64,000 bases of DNA from a virus, in IMG/VR virus record IMGVR_UViG_3300032288_001980, positions 32,001-96,000 of that record; one strand, written 5' to 3'. Position numbers and translations under genes: made by a program. Every line of letters begins with the position of its first letter. Within the stretch, counting starts at the first letter, position 1. The notes beneath the pieces were generated by a model. The model was not told where the DNA came from, made no database searches, and saw only the letters and a list, made by a program, of their open reading frames with translations. Shown here in pieces: positions 57,055 to 64,000 of the stretch.

Positions 57055-57523
57055 TATGTTAGCAAAAACTATCATGCCCGGCAAGTTTTGGATACTTGAA
57101 GAAAGCGGGCAGAAAATTGGCACTATTCATAATGGTGACAATGTGTTTACCTTGAGCTTTAAAGGTGGCCTTAAAAGATATACTGATGTTAAAGTGCTAG
57201 AGGACGAACTAAAAGTTAATTTAGGTGCTAGTGCTCAAGAAGTAAACATTAAAAATAGTAACGATTTTGTACAGGACTATCCGACCAGCTGGAATAAGAT
57301 TTTTAATAAAAGTGAACAAGATGGTTTACCTGTTTTTACTAAAACAGAAAAATCAAAAAGTTTTCATGCGGCTGGATACTATGGTATTAAGTTTCCAAAT
57401 GGCTGGACTACTAGTTTTTGTCCTAGATTAAATACTTTGAAAGGCTATAGTTATATCGGTCCCTTTAAGACACAAGCGGACATGATGGTAGCTATTCAAC
57501 GTAAGAAAAATGAAAGAACTTAA
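57041..57523 (+). CDS. Hypothetical phage protein
   Basis: 160 aa; AAGYYGI...FCPRL...YIGPFKT. Confidence 0.75.
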   Translation: MQNINMLAKTIMPGKFWILEESGQKIGTIHNGDNVFTLSFKGGLKRYTDVKVLEDELKVNLGASAQEVNIKNSNDFVQDYPTSWNKIFNKSEQDGLPVFTKTEKSKSFHAAGYYGIKFPNGWTTSFCPRLNTLKGYSYIGPFKTQADMMVAIQRKKNERT

Positions 57524-57713
57524 TTTCGCTGTAGTTAAAAAGCTCAGTGATACTGTAGAGACTGCTACTAGGACTCATAGCAAAGATATACGTCTAAGTA
57601 CCGCAGATGCTGTATCTTTACTGGCTGTAATTGCAAATTTAAGCATAAAAGCCGTTGAAAAACCGCCAGTTATAACTGCCCTACAAGCTACTGACGGCGG
57701 CACTTTTAAGTGA
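57510..57713 (+). CDS. Hypothetical protein
   Basis: 67 aa, coupled. Confidence 0.65.
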   Translation: MKELNFAVVKKLSDTVETATRTHSKDIRLSTADAVSLLAVIANLSIKAVEKPPVITALQATDGGTFK

Positions 57714-57738
57714 CTTAACGCCAATAAAACTTGCTTTA

Positions 57739-57754
57739 ATGGATAAATATCCAT
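57739..57754 (+). promoter_or_regulatory. Late promoter centred in an inverted repeat
   Basis: ATGGATA-AA-TATCCAT with TAAATA at 57744-57749. Confidence 0.65.
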
Positions 57755-57769
57755 GAAGAGGAAGTTAAG

Positions 57770-58066
57770 ATGGCGAGACCGAAACCACAGATACTGTTAG
57801 ACTACACTAATCCCAAAACCTATAAAAGCGAGCAAATATTAGAAGCCGACGCCATTTATGCAGTCTTTTATGACGGGCACCCTATTAATCTTCGCAGTTT
57901 AAATAGCCTAGTAAATTACCCGGGGCCGAAATACAAAAAGGTTAGCTTTAGTAACAGCGGCCATGCTTTTAATCTAGCCGAAAGACTTAACAAACTTTTC
58001 AAAACTGATAAATTCCAAGTGTTTGAATTAACACAAGGGAAACCCATATCAGATGAACCTAAGTGA
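57770..58066 (+). CDS. Hypothetical phage protein
   Basis: MARPKPQILL...GPKYKKVSFSNSGHAFNLAERLN. Confidence 0.8.
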   Translation: MARPKPQILLDYTNPKTYKSEQILEADAIYAVFYDGHPINLRSLNSLVNYPGPKYKKVSFSNSGHAFNLAERLNKLFKTDKFQVFELTQGKPISDEPK

Positions 58067-58412
58067 AGTTATTGTTGAAGAAATTAAAAAGTACCACAAG
58101 TTAGACAAAGTAAATCCTTGGACTATTTTTTACAATTACAACAAGGGTAAAGGCACAAGATTAACCAAGCAAGGTTTTTTACTGCTACAACCAATATTCA
58201 CTAGTTACAAAATTCCCTTAGATAAAGAACATAGAATTCGAAGCAAGCACTTGATAATTTTGGAAAGATCCATGACCTTTCCCTATTACATAACTGGTAG
58301 TGCTATTTGGCTTTTTAGCGAACAAGATGCTTTCATGCTTAAACTAAATGGCGGTGACATTGAGCACTTGGGCCAAACGGTTGGCGTCAGCCTTGACTCT
58401 AAAAACGATTAA
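58053..58412 (+). CDS. Hypothetical protein
   Basis: 119 aa, coupled. Confidence 0.7.
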   Translation: MNLSEVIVEEIKKYHKLDKVNPWTIFYNYNKGKGTRLTKQGFLLLQPIFTSYKIPLDKEHRIRSKHLIILERSMTFPYYITGSAIWLFSEQDAFMLKLNGGDIEHLGQTVGVSLDSKND

Positions 58413-58427
58413 TGCTACACTTGTTCT

Positions 58428-59096
58428 ATGCATACTATCTATATTGAAGACAAATCCAAACATTTACCACCAAAACTTTTGGACGCACTACATGTGGGCA
58501 AGGGCGCTTGGATCGCAGGCGGTGCGGCTCGTTGTTTATTTTTAGGAAGTCCTTTAAACGACATTGACGTATGGTATCCTAGCGAAAAACTATGGCAACA
58601 TTCTGTACAAAATATAAACCGGTACAGAGTATCTAGCCCTTATGAAACTGACAATGCAACCACGGTAACTGTATCCAGTGATTGGTCTAAGGAAGCTACT
58701 GAAACTACACCTTTAGTTGACGGAGCTAACACTGACTGGGTTGGGTTACTTAAAGGTATCACTAGTGTATTCTCCGACAATACTATCAATGAATACAAAG
58801 TACAAATGATTAAAAAGAAATACTATACCTGTATAGAAGAAATTTTTAATGATTTCGACTTTAGTGTTTGCAAAGTAGCCACAGACGGTCAAGGGCAGTT
58901 TACTTTTGATGAACAAGCATTAGAAGATATTGCACATCAGCGTTTACGTTGTACACGATATTCGCCTGAAGGCTTTCTCACAAGATTTATCAAATATAAT
59001 ATCTACGGATACAAAATGCCCAAAGAAGAACTCAAGCACTATTTGAGTTTGCCAGATTTAGATTGGAAAGTTAAGGATGACAGCACTCTCTATTGA
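58428..59096 (+). CDS. Nucleotidyltransferase (CCA-adding/poly(A) polymerase head-like)
   Basis: WIAGGAAR...NDIDVW (GG/DxD), FDFSVCKVA. Confidence 0.65.
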   Translation: MHTIYIEDKSKHLPPKLLDALHVGKGAWIAGGAARCLFLGSPLNDIDVWYPSEKLWQHSVQNINRYRVSSPYETDNATTVTVSSDWSKEATETTPLVDGANTDWVGLLKGITSVFSDNTINEYKVQMIKKKYYTCIEEIFNDFDFSVCKVATDGQGQFTFDEQALEDIAHQRLRCTRYSPEGFLTRFIKYNIYGYKMPKEELKHYLSLPDLDWKVKDDSTLY

Positions 59097-59481
59097 AGAA
59101 TTTAATCAAGCCAAGTTGGTCAGTACGCTGTCCAGACGACCAGTTAGAGTCAATAAAGACTGGGTTGTATGGTTTGATATTGCACTGACCCCGGTGTTGT
59201 GCCTCGCACTAATCGGCAAGTTCTGTGGTGCAGGGGTTGGCAATCTCAGTAAAGATATCTTGCTCAATGACTACAACAGTATCAAAGATCAATTGCCTCG
59301 AGTAATGCAACCAGGACAAGAATGGGTAACTGATTTCTTTTATAACAGAAAGTTAGATGCACTAGGCGACTCTGGTCCCGGATGGTTCAACTTAATTAGA
59401 CGTAGGCTGGAATGGAAAAGTGAAAATCAGTTTCCCGAAGATTTGCTTAAAATTTATTTGGAACAGGTATATATAGAGTAA
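59077..59481 (+). CDS. Hypothetical protein
   Basis: 134 aa. Confidence 0.65.
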   Translation: MTALSIEEFNQAKLVSTLSRRPVRVNKDWVVWFDIALTPVLCLALIGKFCGAGVGNLSKDILLNDYNSIKDQLPRVMQPGQEWVTDFFYNRKLDALGDSGPGWFNLIRRRLEWKSENQFPEDLLKIYLEQVYIE

Positions 59482-59489
59482 ATAAAATC

Positions 59490-60080
59490 ATGCACTTGCC
59501 TTACTTTGAATTAAAGTTTAGAACTGGCTCCGAAGAAGACGTTAATGAATTTATCGATATTTGGGAACAGCACACTATCGAATCAAGGGAACCTGTTAAT
59601 AGACTAACTGTGATTAACGGTAGACTTTGGCGAAAGGCAATGCTATGGCCTAATAAAACAGTTTTTTCTGCTTCAGTTGACCTAATAGGGCAACAAAAAA
59701 ATCATACTTGGTCAACTAGTTTAAAATTAAAAGACGAGTTAGTCAGCAAGGGCGATCGAAGCATAGGAAAAGTTTCTGCACCGTGGGCTACTATTTTTCC
59801 TTTAAGCGGAAAAATAACAGTTCATTTTAAAGGCGACGATAATAACACATTACTTACTTTGCCTATCACCGTACCATATATGGTACCTTCTTTCTATCCG
59901 GTTGATATTGTCACTGAAGGCTGGGCTAGCGTATATTTAATACATCGATATGTGGCCAGAACACCCAACAGTAACGAAAAAAATCCTACTGCTGAAAATA
60001 TATGGGCAGGGCATCATCGTCATATTATAGAAGTTCCTATGTATATGTTAAAAAATATAATGCTCAAAGACAAAGGTTGA
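59490..60080 (+). CDS. Hypothetical protein
   Basis: 196 aa; TAAATA 5 nt upstream. Confidence 0.7.
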   Translation: MHLPYFELKFRTGSEEDVNEFIDIWEQHTIESREPVNRLTVINGRLWRKAMLWPNKTVFSASVDLIGQQKNHTWSTSLKLKDELVSKGDRSIGKVSAPWATIFPLSGKITVHFKGDDNNTLLTLPITVPYMVPSFYPVDIVTEGWASVYLIHRYVARTPNSNEKNPTAENIWAGHHRHIIEVPMYMLKNIMLKDKG

Positions 60081-60105
60081 CACAAAATCCAATTTATTGT
60101 ATAAT
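60077..60105 (+). promoter_or_regulatory. Early promoter, shared-spacer family, copy 1
   Basis: TTGACA-caaaatccaatttattg-TATAAT. Confidence 0.85.
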
Positions 60106-60111
60106 TGGACT

Positions 60112-60351
60112 ATGAAAAGAAATTTCGATGAAATAGTTCAATGGATAGGTGCAATAGCCATTGTTAGTGGCCACACACTTAATACTCTAATAGAGTACAA
60201 CTTTAATGTTAGACCCTGGAATATCCTGGCTTTTAGCCTGGGTACTATAGCATTTTTGATATGGGCGTTGCGTGTTCGCAACGGTCCCCAGATCCTTGTT
60301 AATATTGTAAGTATGACTATCTGCGCCTTGGGCTTGTATAGGGCACTTTAA
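60112..60351 (+). CDS. Small membrane protein
   Basis: Three hydrophobic segments; start moved to ATG 60112, downstream of the promoter. Confidence 0.7.
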   Translation: MKRNFDEIVQWIGAIAIVSGHTLNTLIEYNFNVRPWNILAFSLGTIAFLIWALRVRNGPQILVNIVSMTICALGLYRAL

Positions 60352-60355
60352 TTGG

Positions 60356-60384
60356 TTGACAAATAATCCAATTTATTGTATAAT
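60356..60384 (+). promoter_or_regulatory. Early promoter, shared-spacer family, copy 2
   Basis: TTGACA-aataatccaatttattg-TATAAT. Confidence 0.85.
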
Positions 60385-60412
60385 TATGGCATACTGAAAA
60401 AGGAGCTTCGAT

Positions 60413-60553
60413 ATGCGAGTAGTGTTCAATAAAATGCTTAATGGTTGGTACATTGTACGTGGGCGCCACGATACCCCAATCAGCGGTCGTTTTGACACTA
60501 AGGAAGCCGCACTGGCACACCTGCGTCGTCGTAACCCCTTTCACGTGGCCTAA
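60413..60553 (+). CDS. Small basic early protein (46 aa, missing from the ORF track)
   Basis: MRVVFNKMLNGWYIVRGRHDTPISGRFDTKEAALAHLRRRNPFHVA; SD AAGGAG. Confidence 0.75.
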   Translation: MRVVFNKMLNGWYIVRGRHDTPISGRFDTKEAALAHLRRRNPFHVA

Positions 60554-60554
60554 C

Positions 60555-60863
60555 ATGGACAAAGTCGTTGCCAATAACCCTGCACTCTTTAGGGCTTATA
60601 TGAAATCAATTCCTACCGTGGATCTCAAGTTCTGCGAATACGACAAGAGCCGCAAGGTTCTTAAGTTGGCGTCAGAGTTCTTTGGCATGCCCAAGGAATT
60701 TTACGTCAAGAGCCATCACACTGGCAAGACTGTTCGCTTTACTCCAGTGGGTCCTGAGGACAAACTTTTCGACCCGGACCAGTGGGACGGCGAACAACAG
60801 GTCTATCGCCCCGTAGGTGTTGTGCCTGGCGTGGATCACATGGTTATCTATCACGCATGGTAA
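60555..60863 (+). CDS. Hypothetical early protein
   Basis: Start moved to ATG 60555, 1 nt after the upstream stop. Confidence 0.7.
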   Translation: MDKVVANNPALFRAYMKSIPTVDLKFCEYDKSRKVLKLASEFFGMPKEFYVKSHHTGKTVRFTPVGPEDKLFDPDQWDGEQQVYRPVGVVPGVDHMVIYHAW

Positions 60864-60864
60864 T

Positions 60865-61125
60865 ATGAACAGCCAACAAATTTCTGATGCTGTCTATGCC
60901 TGGGCTTGCCAGCAGGACTTTTCAGCACCATACGGTGTGCTACAGGGTCAGCATGTTAATGCAAAAGGTCATAAATTTCTAGCCGTTACTTTTGGTCGTG
61001 CCAGAACCCTGGATGCCACTGTGGAAATTTATAACAGAAATTTTATGTTAGTGCGTACTAACAGACACGGAACCCAAGTATTTAAAGATGTTGTAGTTTT
61101 ACAACAATTTCTAAATACCCTGTGA
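60865..61125 (+). CDS. Hypothetical early protein
   Basis: Start moved to ATG 60865. Confidence 0.7.
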   Translation: MNSQQISDAVYAWACQQDFSAPYGVLQGQHVNAKGHKFLAVTFGRARTLDATVEIYNRNFMLVRTNRHGTQVFKDVVVLQQFLNTL

Positions 61126-61126
61126 G

Positions 61127-61155
61127 TTGACAATAAATCCAATTAATTGTATAAT
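61127..61155 (+). promoter_or_regulatory. Early promoter, shared-spacer family, copy 3
   Basis: TTGACA-ataaatccaattaattg-TATAAT. Confidence 0.85.
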
Positions 61156-61185
61156 ATTGACATTGCTTAACAAAAGGAGTTCACA

Positions 61186-61680
61186 ATGAATTGTAGCCCC
61201 ACCCTTACTGCTGAAGAATTCAAGACCCTGCATAACGGTCTTTGGGAATTAGATTGCATGGTTAATAAATTGCTCAACGGCAATGTCTATGAAGGTCAGA
61301 AGTTGGAGCAGATTGCCAAGACTCTGCGTGACAGCCTTAAAGGTGCTTACGAGCAAGACCACAAGGCATTTGAAACAAAAAGCAACCACTACGACGATGT
61401 CAAGGCTCAGTTGGGTCTAGACCATAGCACCTGGAGCATCTACGAAGTAGACAATCTTGCTGACCGCCACCCCTTTGAAGGTGCTACTCATGTGGTTTAC
61501 AAAGATCACTGGGGTGACAAGCCTGTTACAAAAGAAATTATGGGTTCCACTTGGGCCGCTTTGTATGTTGCCGCTAATGCCGCTATTCGCGACAGTGGTG
61601 ATGCTCATCATATCTTTATTGAGCAGTTCAAGCCTACTAAGGCCGACTCTAAAGTTCTTAACCTTTCTACCGGGAGTTAA
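61186..61680 (+). CDS. Hypothetical early protein
   Basis: SD AAGGAG; TWAALYVAANAAIRDSGDAHHIFIE motif. Confidence 0.8.
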   Translation: MNCSPTLTAEEFKTLHNGLWELDCMVNKLLNGNVYEGQKLEQIAKTLRDSLKGAYEQDHKAFETKSNHYDDVKAQLGLDHSTWSIYEVDNLADRHPFEGATHVVYKDHWGDKPVTKEIMGSTWAALYVAANAAIRDSGDAHHIFIEQFKPTKADSKVLNLSTGS

Positions 61681-61681
61681 T

Positions 61682-61909
61682 ATGGGTGCAATGAAAGATC
61701 TCAGTTACGACATCGAGCAGTTGTTTATTGAAGGCCTTAATGCCGGACAAATTGCTCGAGAGCTTGGCTGTCCTAAGGAAATCGTGTTCCAGTGGATTGC
61801 GGATCAAAGTATTAGACCGTTTGATCAGTGGAAGCCTGACGCACAGGAGCGTTTGATTAAAGACTTAGTTTCTGAAGAACTTAGTCCGTTTCAAACGGTA
61901 AACTCGTGA
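61682..61909 (+). CDS. Small HTH-like protein
   Basis: GLNAGQIARELGCPKEIVFQWI; start moved to ATG 61682. Confidence 0.6.
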   Translation: MGAMKDLSYDIEQLFIEGLNAGQIARELGCPKEIVFQWIADQSIRPFDQWKPDAQERLIKDLVSEELSPFQTVNS

Positions 61910-62208
61910 ACATTAGAAAACCGCATCCTAACTTAGTTGTTAGGTCGGCGGCCGCCGTAAATTTTTCAGCCGACCAGTGGGGACTTAAAACTGACCAGTT
62001 CCCCAGGATTGTAATTGAAAAAGTAGCATCCTATCTTAACAATCGTCTTAGGATGGCTTATAATCGAGGCGAAGATCAGGAGTCCGCTCGAGCGGCTGTT
62101 ACTATGCTGTTCAAAGATTTTGAAATCTATGGCGCAGGAAGTACTAAGTCAAAAGAACTTCTAGATAAGGTTATTAAAAACCTTTACGTTACTAATATTA
62201 AACTGTAA
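61906..62208 (+). CDS. Hypothetical protein
   Basis: 100 aa, GTG start coupled to the upstream stop. Confidence 0.65.
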   Translation: MNIRKPHPNLVVRSAAAVNFSADQWGLKTDQFPRIVIEKVASYLNNRLRMAYNRGEDQESARAAVTMLFKDFEIYGAGSTKSKELLDKVIKNLYVTNIKL

Positions 62209-62217
62209 GGAGCTATC

Positions 62218-62532
62218 ATGGGATTCTTTAGTTGGCAATGTGCAAAAACACAAAAGCCTGTGATGAGTGAATATGCCGTGGGCGCAGGCCCGTTTGGTTT
62301 TGCCAGTCAGGTTGTAGTGCTGTTTAAAAACGGCGACCGCATTACAGGCACTTATGATGGCTATGGACGAGTTGATGGCTTTGAGCTAGTAGACCATCCT
62401 GAAGAACGATGGCGAATGGTTATCCAAAGATACTACAACGGAGAAACATTCGATGAACTGAGCCAAAACAAATATGAGCCCGGACAGGGCTACTTTTGGG
62501 ATGACGAAGACCTTGCAGAAATTTTTAACTAA
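62218..62532 (+). CDS. Hypothetical phage protein
   Basis: MGFFSWQCAKT...GTYDGYGRV; SD AAGGAG. Confidence 0.8.
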   Translation: MGFFSWQCAKTQKPVMSEYAVGAGPFGFASQVVVLFKNGDRITGTYDGYGRVDGFELVDHPEERWRMVIQRYYNGETFDELSQNKYEPGQGYFWDDEDLAEIFN

Positions 62533-62538
62533 TATATT

Positions 62539-63651
62539 ATGTTGATGAAAACCAAAGTAACCAAGCTCAGCAAGACTAAACAGAAAGAGCAACGCATTCG
62601 AGCGTTTCTTTCTAACTATGCTGTTCCATTCGAAATGGAAGATGCGGCTATTGATTTGCGTACAATGGCTCGTAATTATACTAATGGCATTATTCCTAAC
62701 AAGGATATTGGGGAAGCCATTAGTGCTGTACTAGGCCCTAGTGCTATTCCTCGTTTGAGTATCGACCCTCGCAATTTAGGTGTGCCGCAATTTGCGTGGG
62801 CACCGATGGATGATGTTGGCATTGACCCTCGATTTCAACGAGATGTAGCACCTAATCACGTAGAAAAGATTGAAGTCGATTTTCAGCCTGACATGATTAT
62901 TGTGCCTTGTGCTATCAAGGATCCTAAAACTGGCAAATACCTACTTTGGGACGGACACCATACTACTCGTGTCTGTGAGCGTATGGGTTGGACCCATATT
63001 CCAGTATGGTACACCGAAGCAGAAATCGACAACGAGCATAGTCTTGCTGAAGCTGAAAAAATTCTTATCTTGAAAGCAGGTCGTAGCTTCTTGACTATTA
63101 ATAAGAAAAACAAGCGACCTGTTGGTAATTACGATGCACACATGATCAGTGTAGAGTGCGGCGAGCCTGAAGCAGTGATGGTACAAAACATTGTCGACGC
63201 TAATAACTGTCAGGTTAAGCGAGCCAGTAGCAAAGCCGGCGACATTAGTCACATCGAACACTTGTACGGCGCTTACGATCTTGTACAGGCCAGTTCAGGC
63301 ATCAAAGGCATTTACCTTGCACGTAGTTTGAAGTTTCATCGTGACACTTGGCCTAAAGAAGAAGTTCGCGGTATTATGATGCTGGCAATGGCTCGACTGT
63401 TCCAACAGACCGAAGTGCAAACAGGCAAACTTTTGCCTTCAAGTTTTGACACAGAGTTTGGCGCTATCTTGAAAAAGGTCTATGGACAAAGTGAAAAAGT
63501 CCACACTCGTCTTAAGGAGCAGTTTGAAGACCATTTTGGTAGCTTGGGTGCTCACCCCGTTGTAGTTACTAGTGGTCTTGTGCTGACTTATATGAAGCAT
63601 GGCACTAAGCACAAGTTGAGTCAACCTGAAGCGACTTATCCTGTAAAATGA
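62539..63651 (+). CDS. ParB/Srx-like N-terminal domain protein
   Basis: IDPRFQRDV...YLLWDGHHT motif; helical C-terminal region. Confidence 0.65.
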   Translation: MLMKTKVTKLSKTKQKEQRIRAFLSNYAVPFEMEDAAIDLRTMARNYTNGIIPNKDIGEAISAVLGPSAIPRLSIDPRNLGVPQFAWAPMDDVGIDPRFQRDVAPNHVEKIEVDFQPDMIIVPCAIKDPKTGKYLLWDGHHTTRVCERMGWTHIPVWYTEAEIDNEHSLAEAEKILILKAGRSFLTINKKNKRPVGNYDAHMISVECGEPEAVMVQNIVDANNCQVKRASSKAGDISHIEHLYGAYDLVQASSGIKGIYLARSLKFHRDTWPKEEVRGIMMLAMARLFQQTEVQTGKLLPSSFDTEFGAILKKVYGQSEKVHTRLKEQFEDHFGSLGAHPVVVTSGLVLTYMKHGTKHKLSQPEATYPVK

Positions 63652-64000
63652 GACCTTACGGACTTTATCTTCGCAAGTGCCCGGGGGTTAAAAAGCCTCG
63701 GGACTTCAAGATTGGTATTGCCGCACTAGACAAGATTCGTACTCGTCTTGCGGCATACCAACAGGCCGTGGGTCCTGTTTATACCGAAGAGTTTATTTGT
63801 CTTTGGATCGGCGAAGACATTGATGTTAAAGAAGCCGAAAAGAAAATCAAGCAACAATTTAAACACAAGATTGCCAGCGCAGAAGCAGGGCTCAGCGAAT
63901 GGATCGGCGACATTGACATTAAAGACATCTTAGCCTTTGTCGAAGAACTTAAAACTGAACACTTTATTAAACTAGTAGAAGCACCCAAGGAGTTTGTGCC
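63648..64000 (+). CDS. GIY-YIG/T5orf172-like protein (truncated by the window end)
   Basis: MRPYGLYLRK...FKIGIA...RLAAYQ...EAEKKIK...EW read manually; open to the window end; ATGA overlap. Confidence 0.55.
   Translation, partial: MRPYGLYLRKCPGVKKPRDFKIGIAALDKIRTRLAAYQQAVGPVYTEEFICLWIGEDIDVKEAEKKIKQQFKHKIASAEAGLSEWIGDIDIKDILAFVEELKTEHFIKLVEAPKEFV

Noticed and set aside
60441-60554. GTG-started N-terminal extension of ORF 60441-60863
   Set aside because: This span is occupied by an SD-led 46-aa ORF in another frame (60413-60553); the true start is probably ATG 60555
61457-61681. N-terminal half of ORF 61457-61909
   Set aside because: It overlaps the preceding gene; ATG 61682, 1 nt after that gene's stop, is the better start
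1-64000. Bacterial chromosome origin, suggested by infA, clpA, dnaJ, dps, folE and queE
   Set aside because: These genes are mixed with a T4-like PolB, spanins, lysozyme, TATAAATA late promoters and many phage-type hypothetical genes, with no cellular operon context
1-64000. tRNA, rRNA or CRISPR array
   Set aside because: No cloverleaf or T-loop (GTTCGA) pattern was seen in the short intergenic gaps, and no regularly spaced repeat-spacer array; this was a manual scan only
1-64000. Stop-codon reassignment (alternative genetic code), as in some jumbo phages
   Set aside because: The standard code gives near-complete coding density with intact long genes; TAG stops are rare, but no genes are fragmented

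Overview
This window is an AT-rich, very gene-dense segment (~100 CDSs, almost all on the + strand) of a large T4-like/jumbo tailed phage with a Gram-negative host, probably a PHA-storing aquatic proteobacterium. It is not a cellular chromosome: it carries a family-B DNA polymerase, a probable clamp, an RNase H-like 5'-3' exonuclease, a GH24 lysozyme, a spanin pair, T4-type TAAATA late promoters and near-consensus sigma70 early promoters. Layout: (1) 69-4.2 kb, host-like IF-1, spanins, DnaJ, ClpA. (2) 4.9-30.9 kb, a late region with a fibre-like protein and at least 11 proteins sharing an N-terminal M-R-[LFA]-x-E-[LFI] tag resembling the T4 capsid-targeting sequence. Several of these are modular polyproteins (kinase-like, ADP-ribosyltransferase-like, ParB-like, Gp88-like, RyR-like modules), some joined by an identical 14-bp in-frame repeat encoding G-V-A-E. 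Tailoring enzymes are interspersed (Asn-synthetase-like, B12 radical SAM, AurF-like diiron, desaturase). (3) 31-40.2 kb, seven tandem radical SAM genes. (4) 40.2-45 kb, lysozyme and replication genes. (5) 45-55.3 kb, a 7-deazaguanine pathway (TGT/DpdA-like, QueD-like, FolE, QueE) interleaved with two oxidoreductases, a glycosyltransferase and a cytidylyltransferase, suggesting an elaborated DNA base modification. (6) 55-64 kb, nucleic-acid metabolism and small early genes. No tRNA, rRNA or CRISPR array was seen; one candidate structured ncRNA lies at 29092-29199. All family assignments come from motif recognition by eye, with no database search.
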